64,000 nt of DNA from Psilocybe cubensis (lineage: Eukaryota): NCBI GenBank assembly GCA_017499595.2, contig CM038999.1:3472001-3536000 (forward strand). The letters run 5' to 3'. This document shows positions 10,827-25,060 of the stretch, in pieces; the first letter of the stretch is position 1, and every line of letters begins with the position of its first letter. A model generated the notes under the pieces. It ran no database searches. It was given only the letters and a program-made list of their open reading frames with translations, and was not told the DNA's origin. The translations under genes and the position numbers were made by a program.

Positions 10827-11006
10827 AAACTTATCCAGCGATTCCTCAGTCAGAGATTGGGTTCAAGCTTGGAACTATTTAACCACAGAGCAGAATTAAA
10901 AAGAAAATATAGGGAGTAAGCGATAATGTACCCATAATGTACATCAATATTTAACATACATGCGCTAGTAACTGCTGCATGCAAAATATAAGTTTCCAGA
11001 GAAAAA

Positions 11007-11088
11007 TTCGGGTACGGGGAATCGAACCCCGAGCTGCCGCGATCCTGAGAATGAGAGGCGGCAATGTTAGCCGTTACACCATACCCGA
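11007..11088 (-). tRNA. tRNA-Glu(CTC) with 10-nt intron
   Basis: Mature sequence identical to the 3295-3375 copy; intron TTCTCAGGAT; T5 terminator. Confidence 0.93.
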
Positions 11089-12156
11089 CAACAACAATTT
11101 TTGCGGTTGTCTTGTCCTGGCCATTTGAACTTCAACTGCTTCCCCTGAACCAAAGTAAGTAAATAAATCCACTTCAGTTGTTGACTTTTTCAGACCCGAA
11201 AAATCGAAGGCTGTTAAATCGAAGGCTGTTAATCGTGAGGTCATTTGGCTGGGACACAGATTTGATATAGCAGTGGATAGGGGCACCTATTGGCATGTAT
11301 CGAGTTCATCCACACTCATGTTAAAAAGATTAGACTTACGCTAAACATGGACTCGAGGTGATATTCTAATCCAAAGCGTTGGCACACGGGCGCCTATGAA
11401 GTGGCTGAACACCTCCCCTGCTTGGCATGACACTTCCTTTGTTCCCATCCTTGGCACATGTACTGTAGGTGTCCTGCGCAGCTAATCAGCCAACGTGGAG
11501 ATATTCGCCTGGAGGTGTATTTCTCCAACCCATCGCTTCAGTCCTGATTGAGAAAGAAGGTATTTTCATTTTCAGACCTTCTTTTTCTGCTTATATGTCT
11601 AGCTTCAGGTGTCCGGTTGGAAACTCGCAATTTTTACAAAAGGCTTGTCCGTGAACTTGGCACGCACTCAAATTCAAGTCTCAAGTTTAATTCATTGGCC
11701 TATCAGTATATATCCTTCATTTGTGAGGAGAGTGGAAAATCAACATGACTTTACTATGTCCTCACCTGTAGGGCTTTTGAGTCCGCTCCTGGCCCTGCAG
11801 TCTTCGGGGTGAAATCAAAAGGGAATTCCTGTGACCTCAGTAGAAACTAGAAAGTGGATCTCTTGTAAGCTTTCCAGATATCAAACACTTGGCATTCGTC
11901 AGTGCACCAGCGTTTATTGATGCTGCATTGCCCTAGTCCTTCGATAACTTATGATGATGTGTAGACAGGCAATGTAAACCGAGGATACATTCTATTTTTA
12001 TTGAGTACGGGCCCTACGGCGATTGACAGTCGAATTCTCACGGTGGTCCGTCCATCTGCATCAGTGATGGAAGGAGCTACTACATGCGGCCCTTATATTT
12101 CCCACTGCGAGCCTTGTTCTGGCAACCGGCTCTTTCTTCTACACTATTCACTCAAA

Positions 12157-13615
12157 ATGTTGCGCACTGTCGCGCTCGCCATTCTTTTTGAAACCGCCTT
12201 TTCACAACAACTAAACCTTCTAAGGAAATATAGTGGAACTACTTTGTGCGTGTCAATATAGACACACTGCAGTCATACATACTCATTCTTTGCTTACAGC
12301 TTCGATCAATGGAACTTCAAGACAGGTAACGATGCCACCGACTTCTTTGGAGAGCCAGGAAACAACGGTTCGTGATATTGGGTTTATTTGCCAATGATTT
12401 GTTGACACCTTTCACATTCAGGCAACGTAAACTGGTTAGACCAAGCCACTGCTGCGTCCCGAAACCTTACTTCAGTCAACGCAGCTGGCAATGTCATCAT
12501 GAAAGTGGATGATTTCACCAGCGCAACTCCGGGTGGAACATATGGTAGAGACTCTGTTCAACTGGTTAGCAAGGACCAGATTACTGCGGGGAGCCTTGTC
12601 ATCCTGGATGCTGTCCACATGCCCTTTGGAGTAAGTAACCTACCTTTCTACTTTGGATAAGGTGCTGACCTCTTCTAGTGTTCCGTGTGGCCTGCCTTCT
12701 GGATGACTGGCGGCGCCAACTGGCCTTCCAGCGGTGAAATTGATATTGTTGAAAATGTCAATCTTGCTACCAGGAATCAATACTCGCTCCACACCCTTGA
12801 CGGTTGCGCTCACCCACCCACCATGTCGTCCTCCGAGACAGGTAACTTGATCAGCCCCAACTGCTTCGTCAACGCGACTGGCCAGGCAACCAACCAAGGC
12901 TGTCTCATCGCCGACTCTAACCTTTCGTTCGGCTCTGGTTTCGCTAACGCCGGCGGAGGCGTCTTTGCTATGCTCTGGAACGACGACGGCATCAAAATCT
13001 GGTTCTTCTCTCGCAGCGGGACCATTCCTGCAGATATCACTACCACCAACCCCAACCCTGCTGGCTGGCCAAACCCTGTTGCGTTCTACCCTAGCTCTAC
13101 GTGTGACACGTCTAAATTTTTTGGCCCTCAATCCATGATCCTTGTTGAGTTGACACCTTCACGTGCACTTGCCGTAATTGCTTACGACCATTTCTATTTT
13201 TTTCCTCTATCACCAGGAAACCAATGTGTGTGGTAATTTCGCAGTCGATGTCTTTTCGACCACCTGCCCCGGACGTGGGCAGTGCGTTGATCTCATTACT
13301 GACCCATCTAACTATCACGACGCGTACTGGGAGATCAAGTCATTGACTGTCTTCTCCAAGTGAGTTGATGTTAATATGTTTTCGTTTTTTTGCTCACTTT
13401 ATTTTGTCATTAGCACGACCACTAGCACCCCCGGATCTAGTTCCACTGGGGGATCTGGGACCACCAATCCAACGGGGAGCACTGGTGCGGGCACCACAGG
13501 TGGTTCAGGTGCAGGCGCACCGCAACCAACTGGTGCTGCTCTTTCACACACACTTGGTCCCATCGGAGTCGCTGCTAGTGTCTTGGCTCCCCTATTCGCC
13601 TGGATCCTTCTGTAA
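12157..13615 (+). CDS. GH16 endo-beta-1,3(4)-glucanase-like protein, secreted, probably GPI-anchored (copy 1)
   Basis: Signal peptide [21 protein letters not shown]...[14 protein letters not shown] catalytic motif, Ser/Thr/Gly tail and hydrophobic C-terminus; multi-exon. Confidence 0.92.
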
Positions 13616-14574
13616 TTGCCCAAGCACTGTTCCCTTTAGCTTGTACTCCACTGCGCACCCGTACGTCAAGGACAATGGACGATCTACTATTTACATTTCC
13701 ATAATGTTTCCTATGTTTGTTTTACATGTTGTAATTCAAACCACGATTGACACAACTGTTATACCCTTGCTTTCCAAGCCTTGGCGAATGATATATAAAT
13801 GTCCAAGTCGGCTTAGTTGTTTGTCTTAGCCTGCGGGCGCTTACTCTTTTTCTTGGCTACGTGCTGTGTTCTTAATCAGGTCATTGAATTCTCACTCCAA
13901 GGTATGTCGAACCTATATTTGAGGCGCCAGTTCTAAATTCATGTGGATAACGATCCTTTTTACAGGCTCGAACATGGTGATTCCTACCTTTCCTGAAACC
14001 CGCGTTTTTGCTTGCAGATGAACGTTCAAGTAAGCCATGGCCATATGTTCAACTTTGCACTGCACAACACAAACCTGGCCCCAAAGTAGCGGGCCTCACA
14101 GAGCGACGTTAATAATCGGATCACTCCGTCAAACCTGGGTGTTGAACAAATCATCCCATATTATTGACCGTGCTCTGTTGACAGCACCGAAAATAAATCA
14201 GTTGTCCAATGTCCGAATCATTCGCAAGGCGCGTGGGGAGCCGATGTATTATTTCTCTATCATACTGAAGGTGAAAGGTACGCTCAAGCAAAATTTCTGA
14301 GTCTTATACCAAGGATCTCTTACAGACATGAGTCCTGACGGCGGCAAGTGAACGTTGGACATCTGACATCGCTCAGCGATGTTGACTGTTAAGCAACCAC
14401 GATGTGTCTAATTTTAACCCTTCTCACAAGGCAATGCCATCAATGCCGTTCTCGCTCTTAAAAGCGATTGCCTTACAAAAGGCGATGTTCCTTCGGCCTT
14501 TCTGTTCCGTACTCGATTCATCTTTAATAACCTGGTATACGCTCGCAACTTGATCCCCCACCTTCCTTCTGAAA

Positions 14575-16080
14575 ATGTTGCGTGGATTAGCGCTTGCCAT
14601 TCTTTTCGAATCTGCTTTTGCCCAACAACAACTTACCCTGGCTAGAAACTATAGTGGGAGTGGCTTGTGAGCATCAATGTTGTGTGGGGAACATCAAGGT
14701 TGCACGCCATAACAATCCACTCTTTAGCTTCGACCTATGGAACTTCAAGACCGGAAATGACGCTACGGACTTTTTCGGGCAGCCAGGAAATAACGGTGAG
14801 CCATGAAGTTAGGCCAAGCTTGGGCCAAGCCAATGGCGGCTGGTTTCTGACTCCTAAACACCCATCTGCTAGGCAATGTGAATTGGACCGACCAAGCAAC
14901 CTCAGCCGCCTTTGGTCTCACCTTCGTTAACGATGTGGGCAATGTCATTGTCAAGGTGGACAACACGACTAGTGCTGCTCCTGGTGGAACCTATGGACGA
15001 AACTCTGTGCAAATGCTTAGCAAAGATCAGATAACAGCCGGAAGTCTTGTCGTTTTGGACGCAATCCACATGCCCTTTGGCGTAAGTATCCTCACGTTTT
15101 CCGCATGTTCCTGTTGGGTTTACTAAGCATCGTGCTGTAGTGTTCGGTCTGGCCTGCGTTTTGGATGATTGGTGCCGATTGGCCTACTAATGGCGAAATT
15201 GATATAGTAGAGAACGTCAATCTCGCGACTAAGAATCAGTACTCTCTCCATACGCTGGATGGATGCAGCCACCCTCCGGATGGTGTCGTTCAGGAGACAG
15301 GAACTCTCAACAACGCCAACTGTTTCGTCAATGCCTCGCACAACGAGGGATGTCTTGTCGCCGATGGTCCGTTGTCCTACGGAGCTGCCTTCGCAAATAA
15401 CGGAGGTGGCGTTTTTGCCACCCTCTGGGACAGCAATGGCATCAACATCTGGTTCTTCCCTCGCAGTGGGCCAATCCCAGCGGACATCGATTCTCCATCA
15501 CCTAACCCTTCGAGCTGGCCGACCCCTGTGGCCTCATATCCTGTCTCAACGTGCGACGTGTCCAGGTTCTTCGGACCGCAAACCATGATTCTGGTTGAGT
15601 TTAACGCTTCCCTCTTTATGGATAAATTTTCTCACAGATCATTACCCTTTGCTGATTAGGAAACTAACGTTTGCGGGAATTTTGCAGTTGATGTGTTCTC
15701 GACAACTTGTGGGTCTGGAAAATGCACCGACCTAGTCACTGACCCTACAAATTATAACGATGCATACTGGGAAATCCGATCTATAACCGTCTTCTCAAAG
15801 TAAGTATGATAATGGCTTCTGGGGGGGCGACCTGATTAATTTGTCGAAAAGCTCTACTACAAATAATCCAACAAGCACCAGCAACGTAGCTTCCCCTACC
15901 TCTGGTACTGGAAGCGGATCAGGGGCTAGTGGTACTGACTCTAGTTCAAGCGGAAACTCAACACCAAATGCAGGAACGACCTCAAATTCTGCTGCCATAC
16001 CCAGATATAATCTGGGCGCCGTCGCTTTTGGTGTCATCGTTCCCATAATGATATCGTTGACAGTATGGTCGATGCAGTGA
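14575..16080 (+). CDS. GH16 endo-beta-1,3(4)-glucanase-like protein, secreted, probably GPI-anchored (copy 2)
   Basis: Tandem paralog with the same intron positions; [17 protein letters not shown] tail and hydrophobic end. Confidence 0.92.
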
Positions 16081-16424
16081 TTTCTTCTGTGTGTGCATAC
16101 GAATACAGTGTTGAAACCGAAATTTCTCTGCCGCTTTCGTTCATTTTCGATCTCTCAAATCATGAGAGTTTCACTTTGGCACGAACAATTTTATTTAGGT
16201 TTTATTATTATTAATGTTTTACGTGTTGTCGTTTTGATGTACATTTTTCCATCACGACTTTAAGGGCTTCAGGAGTTCTCAATAGCACCTCTCAGCTTTT
16301 CGAAGTCCACTTCTGTAACCCCCATTCAATATGGGTTCTTGTGCGGAAAGTCATCGAGCAAGTAGCATGCGTCCTATAACATCCATATTGTATAACAGAT
16401 TTAACTGGAGGTGTTATGTAACAT

Positions 16425-17483
16425 TCATTCAAACACCATGCTATTCAATTCACTCTTGAAAACCTCCTCAACCGCTCTTTTTACCCAGCTTACACTCAGC
16501 GATGTATTGCTATCGCCAGCCTCCGATATCTGCCGGGAGTTTATGTCGACGTTACCATTTAGTCCAAGATTTCGGCATGTATAAGGACATTGGAGCCTTC
16601 TTAAGAGTGAACCATGGGCCTTGCTTTGAATACCACACCATTGACAATGGGTCCTTGGACGAGCCACAGTGAACATGGACTGGGAATTACTACTCGTAGT
16701 AGTCCCTGGTTTCTGAAGCCTCACCAAACATATCCTGGCAATTGTTTCCCAGTCCAGTTCAAACGGAGTACGGAGTTCCTCCTCCGTGAGCGTGTCTTTT
16801 ATGGCCAAAGTTTCATAGGCATCTATAAGCCAGGGCCTCACACGAAGCGCTTTCGCTGTAAGGATTGTCTCTGTGATGCTTCTCTCTTTTACGAGAGGGT
16901 TTAAGGCCTTGACGCCTTGGGCCCGAATCTAGGAGTTCAATCTACTCAAAGTATACTTGTACTTCCAATTCGCATACACACCTTGTTGAATCCCCATAGA
17001 GTTGACAGTTTAATTGTGTCCACCCATTCATCGTAATTGGCTCGGACTTCAACTCTTTAATATTATCATTAATCAAGGTTAAATCGCAAACAACCTTGAA
17101 TACACAGCTTACATGGGATAAAGAACCATCAGGAACCTACAGAAAGATAGAGAAGTAATAACGCCTGTCAGATTCACCGCGCTGTCATCGACATTGGTGG
17201 AACCGGGATAACGTTCCTTCAAGAAGGAAAAGTCATAACTTGGAAGGCGAAATAGATCGCCACCAATCTTTGAGTCGTACAAGCCACGGTCAATCATTGC
17301 CATGTTCACTGAACGATTCATGCAAGAATGGCACACCTGGATAGTCATCATTTCAATGTAGTAGATAGGGTGGTGTCTGATATGTGGTGGTTCCGCCTCC
17401 TGTTTTTCAGAGGCACAGTTCATTACAACAGGCTCTGAAGCGAGCATCTGTGTTTGAACTTCCAAAACGTTGTCTTCATGCAT
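16425..17483 (-). CDS. Agaricomycete BTB/POZ-domain protein
   Basis: Four exons: HPIYYIEMMTIQ|IGGDLFRLP...FLMVLYP|...EWVDTIKLSTLWGFNK|IRAQG...LDWETIARI, with a Cys-containing C-terminal segment. Confidence 0.8.
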
Positions 17484-17759
17484 CTCGGCGTGTATAGATA
17501 AGTAGGGGTAGAAGGGGGTAAAGAAAGAATGATGTGGAATGACAATTACACCAGAGCCTCGAGGCTTCTGCCCCTCTGATTGTAGCCTCGTGTTGTGGGA
17601 GCACTCACGGTCTGTTCCCCCGGGGGTATGCAATAGCTAATATCATATTTCTCGATATACTTGGTGGAAATTAAAACAAAATAACAAAGTTCTGAATCAG
17701 CGCGGGCGGAAAATCGACCTAATAGCTAATCCTAAGTTGCTCTAGCGTTGAACAGACGA

Positions 17760-18691
17760 TTACTCCAGGACATCCACCCTCATTACTTTAAACTCATCTT
17801 CAAATACGGTGTCAAGATATTCCTCCACCTGTTTTGAGCTTGGGTATTGAAACTCGTCCTCAAGGAATATTGTTTGTCGCCAGGTACTGTGACGTGAGTA
17901 CGACTGTATAGCAAATACTCTAGCAATGGTTTTCCAGTCAAGCTGAAATGGGTCACAGAGCTGCTGGATGGACAGATCACTTTTGCGTATCAACGTTAGG
18001 TAACCGTCTCGAAGCCAGCTTTTGACGTCGTATTCCTTCGCCAATAAAATTTGTTCGACGGTTGGTCTTTCTGTCAAAATCGGGGAAAGTCTGAAAATAG
18101 CTTTCTTTCTAACCTATCATCAAGGTACGTAGGTCAATTGGGTGAAAAATGTGGTTACAAAATCCTTACGAACCTCGTCGAATTCCCACATCGTTGCGAG
18201 TTTAAGGGCACCCACGAGTTCCTCATATGTCGCGACGCCAGTTTCGCGTTCGCGGTCAAAGCTGACAGATATTCGGTCGATATTGCCGTAGGCTAATTTC
18301 TGGCCAGATTTAACTCACTACGGGTATAGGAGAAGCAAGAATCCATGGAAATCGGTTTGGGATATATCCACGGGAAGCATAATGGGGTTTTCGTCGCAAG
18401 AGCCTTGTGGCATAGCTCCTCCTGAGACTGGAAGAGAAAACATATCTGGGAAAATTGTTCCATCGATCATAAATCCGTGTTTTGGAACTTTGAATAGGAC
18501 ATCTTGAACCTGAAATGCATTGGTGGCGGGATGTAATCGATAACATATGCAACAAAAGGCGATCTATCACTCACACGAAATATCACTAATTCAAAATAGT
18601 AGATACTGTGCCTTGTAGGTGTCACGACCGTTTCTACAGGTTGCTCCAAGAGATTGGTAGATGTGTGAAACCCATCAGATTCAGACATCAT
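17760..18691 (-). CDS. Agaricomycete BTB/POZ-domain protein
   Basis: RHSIYYFELVIFR|VQDVLFKVP...FLLLLYP|...LATMWEFDE|...WLRDGY...LDWKTIAR. Confidence 0.82.
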
Positions 18692-19123
18692 TAGCTGAGA
18701 TGTTGACTACAGGGAACAGGCTCGTATTTGAGGAATAACACACACGAGGCGTGAGGCAAAAATAAAATGTTCTTATCAACACGGAAGGGTAAATCAAAAA
18801 ATGGATGTGATGGATTGATGGCCGTTGTGTCGTGGGCAAGATCGTGCTGATTATCGCGGGCGCCTATTAACATCTGATTGAGGCCTGTGACTAGCCAGCT
18901 ATAAGCCATGGCGCATAAAATGTTGGTGGTGAATCATTAAGGATACCTTCTCCATAACTCGGAGAAAAAAAACGCTAAATCAATGACGGCACCCTTTGAG
19001 TTAAATATCCCTATGCCCATTTTCCATTTTCCAACGAACGGAAGTACAAAGCCCATTCCAAGTATGCCTTTACATTCCGTCGTCATAAGTTTGCCAGAGG
19101 CCGTGACGTTTCTAGATATAAAA

Positions 19124-21184
19124 TTATGTTTTCCATTTATCTTCTGCCACGTCCTCGGATACTACAAAATTCAGCTTTCCAAGTTCCCCGTCGTCGCTCT
19201 CTTGAAGAACCCATTTACCCTAAATAATGTTTGGTTAGAATCGAAAGAAGTAATTAACTACAAAATTCGGTACTCACCGTGAATTGCTTATAACCAATAG
19301 AGATGGTCCTTAGCTTCAAATTTTCGTTGCGAAGCATCATACCAGTAGCATCTTCAAGTGTAAAGATGTTATCCCCCTTGCGAGGGTTATTATCGTCTGG
19401 AATCCACTTGACTTGAAGTTTAAGTGTCTGGATATTTTTGGCAGCGGAGATAGCATCCACAATGGATGCCTGTGAAGTCAAAGGGCATAGGGTCAAAATC
19501 CGCTGCGGCATGAAGGGACAACTCGGAAGAGGCAGAAATATAGAACAATGCTTACCACATCTGGACTCGCCAAGGAGCAGTTTAGTGTCTCTAGATTCGG
19601 AAATTTTGAACACAGGCACTCCACGTCTTTCAAGGTCAAATGGGCATCACCCACTATAAACTCTCTCAGAGTTGAGCCGTGGGCGTCCGCGAGATCGAGA
19701 ATAAACATGCGTGGAATCCCGGTGTAGCCCATGTTGAACGTAAACGCATGCAGGCGGAATGACTCCAAACCAGGCCGTGGCACAAGCTCCCGTATCCATC
19801 CCCATAATTTCTGGGGACCGAGGTTGTCCATCGAGCTAGTGCGCACCGTCAGTCTGCGCAGCGCGGGCAAGGGAGGCTCTTCGGGCTCCTCATCCTCTTC
19901 TTCGTCACCGGGTCGAATTACTTTATATGGTCTTGGGCGCCGGTTGTAATAAGAGCCTGATCCTGAAAGTAGATATTCTGTATCCAGAGACTCCAGGTTT
20001 GGTAAAAATGTTAGAATGGTGGGGATCGACGTTGCGGGAGCGCCCTTGAGCCGGAGGTCCTTCAAAAGCGGCAATTGCGAGAGCACTGTGATAAGGATCG
20101 TCGGTGGAACACCAGCACATCTCTGTTTTGAAGTGAAGTCATATGGGAAGAGTAAAATCAAAACGTACATTCGGAACAGGGATATAAAAATGCACTGACT
20201 CCCAGTTCAAGGTGGGTCAGGGTGCTTCCCAATGGACCTGACCACCCTTGAAGGACGCGGGGAGGTCCTTCCATGCACCAGATGGAGACTTTCTGTAAAC
20301 CTGTGAGGGTTATCAGCTGTGACCAAACCTCCTCTCCGAGATCGGTGTGCGTCCGGATAGTAAGTTCCCGAATGGGAAGGGTACGAAGGACATCAATGAA
20401 GGCAAGCAATTTTGCATTACTTGACGTTCTTGAGGAGATATCATCGATCCAAGTCATGGAACGCAGATTCGTACACAACGATAGTGCCGCCAGAGTGTCT
20501 CTGGTTATGTTTGGATATGTCAAAAACATTCCTCGATGGACAGCTCCTACGAAAAAAAGTGTAGTAAGAATCAATTGTACCACATATATCAGATGACAGT
20601 GCATCATCAATCAAGGACACTGAAGAAAGTTATTGATTCGTTATCAATATCTCAACGCAATCCATGGGACACGGACTTTGTGATGGATGAAAGGGAGATT
20701 ATGAATTTGAGTAGATTACATACCAGTCTCTGTGACCCGACGTACGTAACGTGCGAGCTCTGGTCGTCGTAGTAGAGTCGTACAGGGATGGTGTAACAAG
20801 GTCTAGTAAAAGAATACAAGAAATATCGTTAGAATAAACGTAGAAGCGGAGAAATATAGGTGCCTTTTGGACACGCTAACACGGCGCGTTTCTTCTTAAA
20901 CGCCACTGGAGGGATATATTATTCGAGTCTAGTCTGCTGACCACGGCGGGTACCCTGCTATGGCCAAACAGTCGCACACTCACCTTGGAAATAATCCTCG
21001 AGTCCAATGTGCTATACAGCAATGGCGTAGCCACTCGGCAGAAAGTCTTGCTCACGAGTGTACATGCATGCCAATCTTTCCTTTCGGCGAGATGGGAGAG
21101 TATAGGAGGTAGGATATCGACAGGTAGCTCCTGGAAAGGTGCCCTAAAGAGTGCGCGACGTTCATGGCGTGTCTGAGCTCGCAT
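19124..21184 (-). CDS. F-box-like / leucine-rich (RNI-like) protein
   Basis: N-terminal ELPVDILPPILSHL...CTLVSKTF...ATPLLY F-box pattern, followed by LxxLxL repeats across several exons. Stop TAA at 19124-19126. Confidence 0.75.
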
Positions 21185-21840
21185 ATCATATAGGTGGGGT
21201 GGGGACGTACATGAGAGTATGGCAGAGATATTATATAGAATCTAGATGATGGTATTATGAATGAGAGGCATTAGCGTGTGTAAGGGAAAACGTTGTCCGA
21301 GCACACCGAGACTTACTGATCCGGGTACCGCTCAATGAATCTATAAAAGAGATGCCAAGTCAGATGAGTTCCATTCCCATTCCTGGCACGATAGAGCGTA
21401 ATGTGGGGAATAAACTTGATAGCGATTGGATTCTAGCCCTAAGTCAGCACACAGGGCATTTAAAAAACTAAAATAAATGATGATCTGACAAAAATACCGG
21501 TCATTCGAGGATCAAGCTGCACATGACGAGCCAGGACATAAGCGGACTTCCAAGTTCCGAGGCACGCACAAGTGAACCCTTACCGCAAGAATATGACGTC
21601 CGCAATCAAGAATCCTCTTTGAGCTTGAAAAAGGGCGATAAACCGTGTTCAAATTTCAATACTGTCGATAGTGGAGGTCGCTACCAAACACACCCCCTTC
21701 TAACCTGACATTGGGGATTTGAGAAGAACATCACATGACACAAAAGCGCTGAAGCAGTGTTCAGTTTCAATCTCAGATTCAGCTCCCGATTTTATGCGAT
21801 TATAGGATTCACAGCTGTTCGAGCGGCCATCCAAACGATC

Positions 21841-22958
21841 ATGTTCTACATAATTGGGCTTGGGCTCTCAGATGAAAAGGATATTACTCTTCGTGGTCTG
21901 CAGGTAATCTAAGTCTGTTCGATAAAACCCACGAGTACTGACATTATTTCTGTTAGGCAATCAAAAACTCGGCTAGAGTATATCTGGAGGCCTACACTAG
22001 TATCTTGATGATAGAAAAAGATCGTCTGGTCAGTTCCACACATCGTCTGGCATTATGAATTCACTTATGAAGAATTATTCTGTATAAAAGGAAGCTTTCT
22101 ATGAAAAACCTGTGATCCTTGCCGACCGCGACATGGTTGAGACCCAAAGCGACGAAATTTTGCGAAACGCCGATGTCGAGGATATTTCTCTCCTTGTAGT
22201 GGGTGATCCGTTTGGGTATAGTGCGCAATTCTTGCAATGATCCGCTATGTATACTAACATCATTGACCGTTCAGGGCCACGACACATACCGATATCGTGC
22301 TGCGCGCGCGTGCCCTCAAGATACCGGTTCGCGTAATTCACAACGCGTCAATCATGAACGCCATGGGTGCTTGCGGATTGCAATTATACAACTTTGGGCA
22401 GACCGTCTCCTTGGTGTTCTTCACAGAGACATGGAAACCAGATAGCTTCTACGATAGAATCAAGGAAAATGTTGGCCTTGGGATGCATACCCTTCTTCTG
22501 CTGGACATCAAGGTGAAAGAGCAAAGCGAAGAGAATATGGCCAGGTGAGATTCGGACTCATCTCAGTTGACTGATAATCCCTTCTGATCGAACTTTCTTC
22601 GTCATCTTCTAGGGGCCGAAAGATATACGAGCCACCAAGATACATGTCAATTCCGACGGCTGTCTCACAGATAATTGAAACAGAAGAATCGCGTCAAGAA
22701 AACGTATTGAATCCAGATACCACGTTAGCTATCGCATTGTCACGCGTAGGCGGAGGAGATGAGGAACGAATAGTTGCGGGAACACTACGTGAACTTCTCA
22801 ATCACCCTGCCGAAGCATATGGCCAGCCATTACATAGTCTGGTCATAGTTGGAAAACGGCTGCATCACCTAGAAGTTGAATACGCCGAGGAGTTTGCTAT
22901 AAACCGGGAAACTTGGAGAAAAATCGCAAAGGAAGAATACAAATGTGCATTGGATTAG
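21841..22958 (+). CDS. DPH5: Diphthine methyl ester synthase
   Basis: [72 protein letters not shown]. Confidence 0.96.
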
Positions 22959-23020
22959 ATTGATTTTTTTTGAGCGAAATACAACAGGATATTCTATAGG
23001 TCTGACAAATTTCTGACCTT

Positions 23021-25060
23021 TCACGGGGTAGCTCGGCCAGGCCACCTGTTCATTTGTCAATCTCCCCCTCCCGAAAAGTAAATCAATGACATACCTGGGA
23101 TACAAGGAGCATTCGCGTACTGTGTACCTGTTGGCGAGCCAAGCCAAGAATCGCTATGATCATGTTAGGGATAGTGCTTCTAGCCATGCGATGATAAATC
23201 CTCTCACCTCAACACCGAGACCGTAGCCACCATGTTCGCATGTACCGTATTTGCGTTGATCAGTGAACCAATAGTAAGGCTCAGGGTCAATTCCCTCTCG
23301 TTTGTATGCCGCGATTAATTCATCCATATCGGCAATCCTCATCGATCCTCCTATCACAAAAAAGATTGCAAGATCAGAAATAAATTCCGAAATAACCAAT
23401 AAATACGATTCACGAACGGGCGCATGTGCGCCATAAATAAAACTAGCAATCCCCACTTACCAACGATTTCGCCGACATTGGGCATGAGCAAATCGCAGCT
23501 CTCAGTGAACATCGGTCCGGGTGTTCCAGGCTCAACAGGCACCTTCTTCATGTAAAACGCCTTGAGCTCAGCGGGGAAGCCGTGCAGAAAGATGGGCGTC
23601 CCAATGATGTCAGTCATCTGTCTCTCAGCAGCTTCGGCGATGTCGTCCCCGACTTTGTGGTCTACCAGCACCACCTGACCTTTCTCATCTTTGATTGGGT
23701 TACCTTCCGCATCTTCAGCAGGGTGCTGGATGCCGTGTTCGTTGAGCCACTTGATCGCTTCGACGTAGGACATGCGGAGGAAGGGACGCGCGGGAGGTTG
23801 AAAGTTGGGGTTGAGCTGTTTGATGAGCGCGGCGGAGGTGGGGTTCGCGAGGAGGATGTCGACCGTCTTACAAATAATTTGCTCAATGTGAGCCATGAGG
23901 TCGTTGAAGTCGATGAACGCGAGTTCGCCCTCCAGGTGAGTGTACTCGCTCAGATGGCGTCTAGTGTGACTGTTCTCCGCGCGGAAACTCTCTTGTACAC
24001 AGAAAACATCTCCAAGACTGGGAAGGCATGTTTCGAGGTACAGCTGGGAGCTCTGGGTGAGGAACGCTGGCTGCCCGTAGTAATCGAGTTTGAAGAGTGT
24101 TGCGCCACCCTCGACTTGAGTCTGCACCAAGCATGGGGGTGTAACCTCAATCAAATTCTCGGCAGTGAGTGATTCGCGGAATGCAGATAGAAGATAGGAG
24201 CGAAGACGTAGGACACTCGAAGCGGTCTCTCCGCGAAGAACGAGGTGTCGAAGGTCGGCCTGGATCGAAGGATCGGATTTCTCGTTCAAACGGTTGGTGA
24301 ACGCGTCATCTGCTCCTGGGGCAGACCCTACAACCTTCCAGTAGTCCACGATAAGCTCATGTCCACCTGGCGCAGTTTTGCCTTCAGGAACCTCTTGGAG
24401 TGTTCCAACGACTTCGACTGAGGATTCGAGGGTAAGAGTAAGAGCGTGATAAGTTTGTGCCTTGAAAATGTTTAGTGATGTGACGATTAAAATTTAAGAG
24501 TATGAAGCTACATACTACACGGCCTGATAAGATTGTTTGCAAGTATCCCGTGCCGTCTCGAACGACAAGAAAGATGATATCTTTTTGCTGGCGAAGACGA
24601 TGGACCCATCCAAAGACTCGGACGCGTTTCGATCTGTGAGCCTCCAAGTGAGCGATTTTGGACTGGGAAACTTTTTTAATTAGATCAAAAGACTTTTACA
24701 ATGCAAGTTACACACCTTGATGGCTTTGGGAAGGGAAGCATCTTCCTCGAGAACAATTTTCTTGCTTTCTTCCAACTGCTTCTCCTTCCTCTCTCGCTCC
24801 TCGCCCTTTTCCTTTGCCTCACGTTCTGCGAGTTCTTCCTGTTTCTTAAGCTTCTTTTCGATTCCACTAGCGTTCTTCTTGGCCTTCTTCAAAGATGACT
24901 GGGTTGGTTCGTCGTACTCTGCTTCTGGGGATTTGCGGATTTGAAAAGTGGCAGTCTCGTGCTTGAAGACGGCATAAGCGAGAGATTGGTATGGGGCCTC
25001 TTTGGTTCCTTGTCCAGTGGTATCAGAGCCAGCGGCTTCATCGACAAAAATCGAGGACAT
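23021..25060 (-). CDS. DED81: Cytosolic asparaginyl-tRNA synthetase
   Basis: FGWVHRLR, RDGTG, QVEGGATLF, LTQSSQLYLE, FRAENSHTRRHLSEY, GEIVGGSMR, HGGYGLGVER, YPR. Confidence 0.96.

Noticed and set aside
11201-11230. 15-bp tandem duplication AAATCGAAGGCTGTT
   Set aside because: Two copies only; ordinary slippage, not an array.
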